12,448 nt of DNA, from positions 1-12,448 of the forward strand of contig JBDIWC010000081.1 of the NCBI GenBank assembly GCA_039794085.1, given 5' to 3'. Made by a program: the position numbers and the translations under genes. Positions within the stretch are counted from its first letter, which is position 1; each line of letters opens with the position of its first letter. Positions 5,696-12,448 of the stretch are shown one piece after another. The notes beneath the pieces are model-generated. The model was given only the letters and a program-made list of their open reading frames with translations, was not told the origin of the DNA and ran no database searches. The DNA is from Gemmatimonadales bacterium. Its GTDB lineage: Bacteria > Gemmatimonadota > Gemmatimonadetes > Gemmatimonadales > GWC2-71-9.

Positions 5696-7956
5696 GGAGA
5701 AAGCATTGCGGGTCCTCCCGTCCCCGCAGTGTGACCAGACCTCAGACTGCCTGGTCGGGGAAGGACCCGGAGGGCGACGCATGCCCAGAGTATCGCGTGA
5801 TCTCTTGCGATCGGGTAACCGGATCCCGGCAGGGCGGAGCCCGGAAACGCGAGACGTGCGCCAACGGTTCCAGGTTGACGGAAGAGTGAGTCTGGCGACG
5901 AGGGAGCGGTGCGTGTCAGGGCCGGACCGGGATTGATCCCGCCCTGGAGCCCGATCGGATCCTCGCTCAGGAAGCGCCCGGTGGCCGGCTCGTACCACCG
6001 GTTCCGCATGTAATAGATATCGAGCTCGGGCCCCAGCCAGAGCGCCCCCTTCCACCGCGCCCGGTCGGCGTTCGGCGCCGAGAGCGTCCCGCCGGTCCCG
6101 GCGTCGTTGCCCCAGTCGTTATAGGCATAGACGCGGCGCACTGCCTGCACCTCATCCGTCAACGCGATCACGTTGCCGAGTCCATCTGCATGCGCGTACA
6201 ACCTCTCATTGTTGATCACCACCGCGTGCAGGTTGTCGAGCCCCGGATAATAACTGTATTCGGCCCGCTTGACCGTCGCCGTCCCGTCCAACTCCGCCAG
6301 GAGGTTGTCCCCCTGCCAGAGGAAAGTCGCCTGGACCACCCCGTTCACCCGCTTCACCACGAGCCGCCCCCCCGCATCGTAGAGATATTTGACCCCGGTC
6401 GTCCCGGTGTGCAAGGAGTCCAGCTCCCCCTCGGCGGACCAGAAAAACTGCGCCCCGGCTCCGCACCCGCCGCCGCTCCGGCTGGTGACGTTCCCGTCCA
6501 GATCGGTGGTATAGCTGCACCCGTTGAACTGAGTGATGCGATTCCCCGTCGTGTACACGCCCCCCTGGTCCAGCCGGTTCCCCACGGCGTCGAAGCTGTA
6601 GACCGCGGGTGTGCCCACCACGGAGTACGCCGCGGTTGGCTCGGAGGGCACCGACCCGTCGGCACAGAGAATCGCATTCGGATCCTCGGGGCACCCAACC
6701 TGCCCCCCGCTTGGCGGCCGCTGCATGTCCTTCCCCTCGATCAACCGGCCCAGGGGGTCGAACTGGAAGAACCGCCCGAGGTCGGCATTGGGATAATTCA
6801 GGTGCGCCGTGATCCGGCCCGCCTTGTCGAGGCCCAGCCACCGCTCCACCGTCTCGACGTAGGGAGCGGTGGTGGTGATCCGGATCGGGGCCTGGATCAC
6901 CCCGCGCAGGATCTGCTGGGTGTCCCCCGCGGGGAAGGTGATCCCGGTGGGGTTGGCGTTCCCGTCGGTGGCGAACTGGGTCAGGGCCCCGCCGAGGCGG
7001 ATCCCGGTCAGGATCCCCTGGGCCTCGTCATACAGGTACCTCCTCCCCTGGAAAGCCATCCCCCCCGGGCCCGTCACCGTCACCGTATCCAACAAGCCGG
7101 CCGCGGTGTAGCCAAAGCGCTGGACAAAGGTCTGGCCCTGGAGCACGGTGCGCACCGAGTCGGCCTGGCCCCGGAGGTTCAGGAAGCTCGTCTGGGTGCT
7201 CGCGGCACTCGTCCCCGTCACCACGAACCCGTTGTTGGCATAGCTGAAACTCCGCGCATTGCTCCCGGTCTGCGTCAACGGCCGGTGCAGCGCGTCGTAG
7301 GTCACGGTGACGGTCTGGCCTCGGCGGCTGGTGGTCTGACGGAGGTCTCCGTCCACGCTGTAGGCGTGGCTCGTGACCCCGCCCGCGGGGTCGGTCTCGC
7401 TGGTGATCCAGCCCAGCGCGTTGTAGGCGGTCTGGTAGACCTGTCCCTTGGGATCGGTGGTACTGACGGGGAAGAGGTTGTTGTAGCCGATCTTCGTCAC
7501 GGTGGCGGGACTCGTGGCCACGACCACCGAATCGACCCGGTTGAGGACGCTGTAGAAGGTGGTCTGCACCGGAAGGGTCGGGGCACTCAGCGTGGTCCGG
7601 CGCCCGAAGGTGTCGTGGCCAAAGGTGGTGACCCGGCTCCCCGGCGCCGTGGACTGGCTCAGGTTCCGGTGGGTGCCGGTGGCCGGATAGGTGTTCGTCA
7701 CCGCGGTCACGCCGACCCCGTCGGTCACGGTGAGCACTCGGCCGAAGCTGTCATAGGTGAAGCTCTGGCGGAGCTGGGACCCCACTGTCACACTCGTCAC
7801 CCGTCCGTTGGCGCCGAGCGCAAGGGTCAGGGAATCCTGGCCGGGGCCGGTGTACACTCGACGCACACCCTGCGCCTCATCGGTCGAGGCGATCACGTTG
7901 CCGATGAGGAGCGCAATGCAATTGTCGTGTCCAGCTCCTTCAGGCAGGTTGTCCAC
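5689..7956 (-). pseudogene. Second, partial Rhs/YD-repeat core copy (open frame of 755 codons, but lacking the normal N-terminus, DPxG site and toxin tip)
   Basis: 5929-7848 (1,920 bp, 640 codons) is collinear with 10463-12382, with ~36 mostly conservative aa differences counted by eye. Similarity stops after EDPIGLQGGINP. It could still be translated from the GTG at 7956. Confidence 0.8.
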
Positions 7957-8067
7957 CCTCGGAGGAGGATACCTCGCACAACAGCGAAAGTAGGTCCCGG
8001 GCTGGTTGGCATCGATCCCTCCCCGCAGCGACCAGGTTTTGATGAATGTCGTATGGCCGTGCCCTGC

Positions 8068-8556
8068 TCAGAGAACCTCCTTTGGGCAACCCGATATGTG
8101 CCTGCCGCTGGATTCCCCACAGATGTCGCAGTCGCGGCTGGTGCGTGGCCTGCGAGGGCTCTCCTCCGGGGGACTCCAGATAATTACCGCGTATGGTCCT
8201 GAGACTATCAGGGACCAGACCACAGTGGACATTGCCATCAGTCGAACGGGCCAGTCCGGTCTAAATATCATGTAGATTGCGACCGCTACCGGGATTCCGA
8301 CTACAACCCCTGCGACGTAGGCGCGGAGGCGTGTGATCGCCCACGGACGCGCCACGGTCACGAAGAGCGCAACAAGTAGACCGCCACCTAGGTATAGGCT
8401 GACGATCACCCACAGGGGCCTCCCGAAATATTTGAGATTCTCTCCCCGGGTAAGGAAGGTTGCGACCACCGCCCATATCACGTAGAACTTCACAAACCTC
8501 ATCGACTCACTAAGAGTGCTTGAGAATCTCTCGAGGAAGGGCGAAGTTGGGCGCAT
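8068..8556 (-). CDS. ~4-TM membrane protein, candidate immunity protein for the orphan Rhs tip
   Basis: ATG lies 4 nt after the orphan tip's stop. Four hydrophobic segments, lower GC than the Rhs cores, and a C-terminal CDICG...H..GC tail. Confidence 0.78.
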   Translation of the reverse strand: MRPTSPFLERFSSTLSESMRFVKFYVIWAVVATFLTRGENLKYFGRPLWVIVSLYLGGGLLVALFVTVARPWAITRLRAYVAGVVVGIPVAVAIYMIFRPDWPVRLMAMSTVVWSLIVSGPYAVIIWSPPEESPRRPRTSRDCDICGESSGRHISGCPKEVL

Positions 8557-8560
8557 CTTT

Positions 8561-9398
8561 CTAGGACTCCTGGGAAGTCAAGCAGGCGATGACTTGGCCA
8601 ACGCCAATGGCGCCGGAAACAAGGCCGCCTACACCCGGCACAAAGCCCGCGAAAAACCCGACAGCATCCGGGAGATCACTGATCGTGATGGCACTGAAAA
8701 CTGCCCCTATGCGAAGGACTCCTTGGGCTTGAGTAGCTGCATGGCGCGATTCGGCGAATTGGGCCGCGCCCAGACCCCGCCGGACGGTCCCACGTCCCGG
8801 TGGCAGCTTCCCCGCGAGCGTAAACCAGCGCACGCCGCCCTCGAACAACGTCTTGGACCGCTTGATCAGTCCGGCACCGGCCAAGTCGAACGCGACGCTG
8901 ATCGCGGTTTCTACGGCCCTTTCCGTGCAGGATGGCCCCTGCTGGGATGTAGGTGTCCCTTGGGTCGGGTCCCGCGGTGAGTTGCACTCGGGGCACGGAG
9001 GGTCGGGGAACTTCACCGGATCCACCGGCGCGGGCGGGGGGGCGGTTACGTCAATGCCGGGCAAGGGGAAAGCTCCGTCCTCGCATCCCAGACGTCCGCC
9101 CCGAACCGCTACGCGCATCCCCAGCGCCAGGCACTCCTGGGGATCATCAGTCAGCCGGAAATCGAGCCCGGCCGCGTCGCGACGGTTCACCGGATCGGCC
9201 CCGCCGAACATCAGGGGATTTATCCCGCCCTGAAGCCCGATCGGGTCCTCGCTCAGGAACCGCCCCGTGGCCGGCTCGTACCACCGGTTCCGCATGTAGT
9301 AGATGTCCAGCTCCGGCCCCATCCAGAGGGCCCCCTTCCACCGGGCCCGGTCGGCGTTCGGCGCCGCCAGGAACCCGCCGGTCCCGGCATCGTTCCCC
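8561..9398 (-). CDS. Orphan Rhs C-terminal module (end of core plus an alternative, hydrophobic helical putative toxin tip)
   Basis: Similarity to the Rhs core begins at ~9398 (GNDAGTGGFLAAPNADRARWKG) just after an in-frame TGA. First ATG at 9322. YYMRNRWYEPATGRFLSEDPIG...DPVNRRDAAG is followed by a ~201-aa variable region. Possibly silent until recombined. Confidence 0.88.
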
Positions 9399-9411
9399 TT
9401 TCAGGCAGAGG

Positions 9412-9654
9412 TCACCAGAAGCACACCTGACCCCCGTGTCTCGTAACGACAACAAGGACCACCCAGCCCAGGCTCCAGAGCTGGAGTAGCAAGTACCATT
9501 TCCAACCACCAGGACCATACGCAGAGCGTTTAAGCAGGTCGAAGTGAAAAGATGTCCACTTTCTCAATGACCGGTGGTGCCTCATCAGGGAAAAGCCAAT
9601 CCCTAGCCCGATCAATCCGTACGCCAGCAATAACGTATGAAATTGCACACACAT
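9412..9654 (-). CDS. Small 2-TM membrane protein, candidate immunity protein for the main Rhs tip
   Basis: 80 aa with two hydrophobic stretches (LLLAYGLIGLGIGFSLM; WYLLLQLWSLGWVVLVVV). AT-richer DNA, G-rich SD-like sequence upstream, located between the Rhs gene and the orphan module. Confidence 0.6.
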   Translation of the reverse strand: MCVQFHTLLLAYGLIGLGIGFSLMRHHRSLRKWTSFHFDLLKRSAYGPGGWKWYLLLQLWSLGWVVLVVVTRHGGQVCFW

Positions 9655-9853
9655 GAAATACCCCCAATGAGTGAATCACAAAGCCTTGTGTTGTCCACGA
9701 GGCACATCGCATCTTTCCGTACCGGCCAGCCTCCCATGCTTCACTTGCCAACTCACTAGGTACAGCCTCCGTTGCAGCATCCGGGAACTCAAGCAGACGG
9801 GCAGACGAGCGCCAACCAGCAACAACGAGAATCAGGTCCGCCCGTCGCCTTGC

Positions 9854-12448
9854 TCATTCGCATCGTCTTGATATGACGGACGTGTTCGATATTCCGACCC
9901 GGGCGCTGACGGGAAGACCAACGCCGATGGCTCCACTGAGCGCACCGCCGTCAACGCCTCCCAAAGAAGCTGGTCCAGCTCCGACCTGTATCTCGACCGC
10001 GTTCCCAGCGAAAGTCCCGGCCGGAGACTGGCCAAATTCCAGCGCGCCACCTATGTCCAAGCCGATGCCGGAGCCGATCCGAAAATAGAGCCCTTCACGA
10101 CCACCTCCCTCAAATCGGCCGAATGCGAAAGTTACCCCACCACCCGCCACCACATCCAGACTGAACCCCGCAAAGATCACGTCCCCGGAACATCGTGGAG
10201 CTGGAGCAGGATTCGCCGGACTCCCGCCAGGACGCCCGGGGGCACCAGCCCGCGATGGATCGCGGGGTTTTCCGCAGCCTGGGCATGTCGGATCCGGAAA
10301 CGTCACGGGAACCGTGGGTACTTGGGGGAGCCCTCCGGGTTTGGGGCAGATCACCGTGATCTCGGGGAGCTGTCCCTCGACTTCCACCGTCACCGTGATG
10401 CACTCCTGCTCCGTTCCATCCGGATCGCGTAAGTCCACGGGGTCTCCCCCCGCAAAAACGATGGGGTTGATGCCGCCTCGGAGCCCGATTGGGTCCTCGC
10501 TCAGGAACCGCCCCGTGGCCGGCTCGTACCACCGGTTCCGCATGTAATACAGGTCGAGCTCGGGGCCCATCCAGAGCGCACCCTTCCACCGGGCCCGGTC
10601 GGCATTCGGTGCCGCCAGGGTCCCGCCGGTCCCGGCATCGTTCCCCCAGTCGTCATAGGCGTACACCCGGCGCACGGTCTGCGACTCGTCGGTCAGCGCA
10701 ATCACGTTCCCCAACCCGTCGGCATGCGCATACAACCTCTCATTGTTGATCACCACCGCGTGCAGGTTGTCGAGCCCCGGATAATAACTGTACTCGGCCC
10801 GCTTCACCGTCGCCGTCCCGTCGAGTTCGGCCAAGAGATTATCCCCCTGCCAGAGGAACACCGCCTGGACCACCCCGTTCACCCGCTTCACCACGAGCCG
10901 CCCCCCCGCATCATAGAGATATTTCACCCCGGTCGTTCCGGTGTGCAAGGAGTCGATCTCCCCCTCGGCCGACCAGAAAAACTCCGCTCCCGCCCCGCAT
11001 CCCCCGCCGCTCCGGCTGGTCACATTCCCATCCAGGTCGGTGACGTAGGTGCAGCCGTTGAACTGGGTGATGCGATTCCCTGTGGTATACACGCCCCCCT
11101 GGTCGAGCCGGTTCCCCACCGCGTCGAAGCTGTAGGCGGCCGGGGTCCCCACCACCGAGTACTCCGCGGTCGGCTCCGAGGGCACCGAGCCGTCCTCACA
11201 GATGATCGCATTCGGATCCTCCGGGCACCCGGTCTGCCCCCCGCTCGGCGGGCGCTGCATGTCCTTCCCCTCGATCAGCCTGCCCAGCGGATCGAACTGG
11301 AAGAACCGCCCGAGGTCGGCATCGGGATAGGTCAAGTGAGCCGTGATCCGGCCCGCCTTGTCCAGCCCGAGCCACCGCTCCACCGTCTCGACGTAGGGGG
11401 CGTTGGTGGTGAGGCGGATCGGGGCCTGGATCACCCCGCGCTGGATCTGCTGATCGTCCCCCGCGGGGAAGGTGATCCCGGTGGGGTTGGCGTTCCCGTC
11501 GGTGGCGAACTGGGTCAGGGCCCCGCCGAGGCGGATTCCGGTCAGGAGACCCTGGGCCTCGTCATACAGATACTTCCGGCCCTGGAAGGCCATGCCCCCC
11601 GGGCCCGTCACCGTCACCGTATCCAACAGGCCCGCCGCGGTGTATCCGAAGCGCTGGACAAAGGTCTGGCCCTGGAGCACGGTGCGTACCGAGTCGGCCT
11701 GGCCCCTCAAGTTCAGGAAGCTCGTCTGAGTGCTCGCGGCACTCGTTCCCGTCACCACGAACCCGTTGTTGGCATAACTGAAACTCCGCGCATTGCTCCC
11801 GGTCTGCGTCAACGGCCGGTGCAGCGCGTCGTACGTCACACTCACGGTCTGGCCTCGGCGAGTGGTGGTCTGCCGCAGGTCCCCGTCCACGCTGTACGCG
11901 TGGCTCGTGACCCCACCCGCGGGATCGGTTTCGCTGGTGACCCAGCCGAGCGCGTTGTAGGCGGTCTGGTAGACCTGGCCCTTGGGATCGGTGGTGCTGA
12001 TGGGGAAGAGGGCGTTGTACCCGATCCGGGTGACGGTGGCGGGGCTCGTGGCCACGACCACCGAATCGACCCGGTTGAGGACGCTGTAGAAGGTGGTCTG
12101 CAGCGGCAGGGTGGGGGCGCTCACCGTGGTCCGGCGCCCGAAGGTGTCGTGGCCAAAGGTGGTGACCCGGTTCCCGGGTGCCGTGGACTGGGTCAGGTTC
12201 CGGTGGGTGCCGGTGGCGGGATAGGTGTTCGTCACCGCGGTCACGCCGACTCCGTCGGTCACGGTGAGCACCCGGCCAAAGCTGTCGTAGGTGAAGCTCT
12301 GCCGGAGCTGCGATCCCACTCTCACACTCGTCACCCGGCCGTTGGCACCGAGCGCAAGGGTCAGGGAATCCTGTCCCGGCCCAAAAACACTCACCGGCTG
12401 GGCCCAGCCGCCGTAGAGGATGGTGGTTGGGGTGCCCGCCGCGGCCTT
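9854..12448 (-). CDS. Rhs/YD-repeat polymorphic toxin, 3' portion (5' end lies beyond the window)
   Basis: Frame stays open to the window edge (KAAAGTPTTILYGGWAQPV...). Many YD repeats (YDSFGRV, YNALGWV, YDALHRP, YDAGGRL). Rhs-associated core YYMRNRWYEPATGRFLSEDPIG...DPVDLRDPDG (DPDG at 10415-10426), then a ~186-aa Gly-rich C-terminal domain. Confidence 0.96.
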   Translation of the reverse strand, partial: KAAAGTPTTILYGGWAQPVSVFGPGQDSLTLALGANGRVTSVRVGSQLRQSFTYDSFGRVLTVTDGVGVTAVTNTYPATGTHRNLTQSTAPGNRVTTFGHDTFGRRTTVSAPTLPLQTTFYSVLNRVDSVVVATSPATVTRIGYNALFPISTTDPKGQVYQTAYNALGWVTSETDPAGGVTSHAYSVDGDLRQTTTRRGQTVSVTYDALHRPLTQTGSNARSFSYANNGFVVTGTSAASTQTSFLNLRGQADSVRTVLQGQTFVQRFGYTAAGLLDTVTVTGPGGMAFQGRKYLYDEAQGLLTGIRLGGALTQFATDGNANPTGITFPAGDDQQIQRGVIQAPIRLTTNAPYVETVERWLGLDKAGRITAHLTYPDADLGRFFQFDPLGRLIEGKDMQRPPSGGQTGCPEDPNAIICEDGSVPSEPTAEYSVVGTPAAYSFDAVGNRLDQGGVYTTGNRITQFNGCTYVTDLDGNVTSRSGGGCGAGAEFFWSAEGEIDSLHTGTTGVKYLYDAGGRLVVKRVNGVVQAVFLWQGDNLLAELDGTATVKRAEYSYYPGLDNLHAVVINNERLYAHADGLGNVIALTDESQTVRRVYAYDDWGNDAGTGGTLAAPNADRARWKGALWMGPELDLYYMRNRWYEPATGRFLSEDPIGLRGGINPIVFAGGDPVDLRDPDGTEQECITVTVEVEGQLPEITVICPKPGGLPQVPTVPVTFPDPTCPGCGKPRDPSRAGAPGRPGGSPANPAPAPRCSGDVIFAGFSLDVVAGGGVTFAFGRFEGGGREGLYFRIGSGIGLDIGGALEFGQSPAGTFAGNAVEIQVGAGPASLGGVDGGALSGAIGVGLPVSARVGISNTSVISRRCE

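Noticed and set aside
5689..5928. C-terminal ~80 aa of the 755-aa ORF as a third toxin tip
   Set aside because: There is no DPxG motif and no shared Cys leader, and the ORF ends inside the tnpA-flanking repeat. It looks like read-through into non-coding DNA.
6190..8202. 670-aa plus-strand ORF
   Set aside because: Antisense shadow of the GC-rich Rhs core copy, with no recognisable motifs.
9530..9857. Alternative immunity ORFs directly after the Rhs stop (ATGA-coupled 22-aa ORF; 73-aa ORF 9530-9751)
   Set aside because: The first is too short. The second has a TTG start, no recognisable features, and overlaps the more plausible membrane-protein ORF 9412-9654. Neither is fully excluded.

Overview
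GC-rich bacterial accessory region in which all credible genes are on the minus strand. Read in the direction of transcription (right to left), it contains: (1) a polymorphic Rhs/YD-repeat toxin locus: the 3' part of a large Rhs gene running off the window end, a small 2-TM candidate immunity gene, an orphan Rhs tip with a different C-terminal domain, a 4-TM candidate immunity gene, a 1,920-bp collinear second copy of the Rhs core with no toxin tip, and a small scrambled Rhs relic; (2) a decayed IS200/IS605-type (Y1 HUH, RAYT-like) tnpA between inverted REP-like hairpin repeats, followed by a cluster of further REP-like, 121-bp and heptamer repeats; (3) a hicB-hicA toxin-antitoxin pair bracketed by ~80-bp direct repeats; (4) an unknown ~638-aa putative lipoprotein with a sigma-54 (-24/-12) promoter and a perfect 34-bp triple-palindrome candidate enhancer, followed by a sigma-54 activator with no regulatory domain; (5) a 21-bp tandem repeat at the window start. 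The most notable observations are the apparently self-contained enhancer/promoter/gene/activator module and a six-cysteine, CxxC-containing architecture shared by two otherwise dissimilar Rhs tips. All calls come from manual reading; no searches were run.
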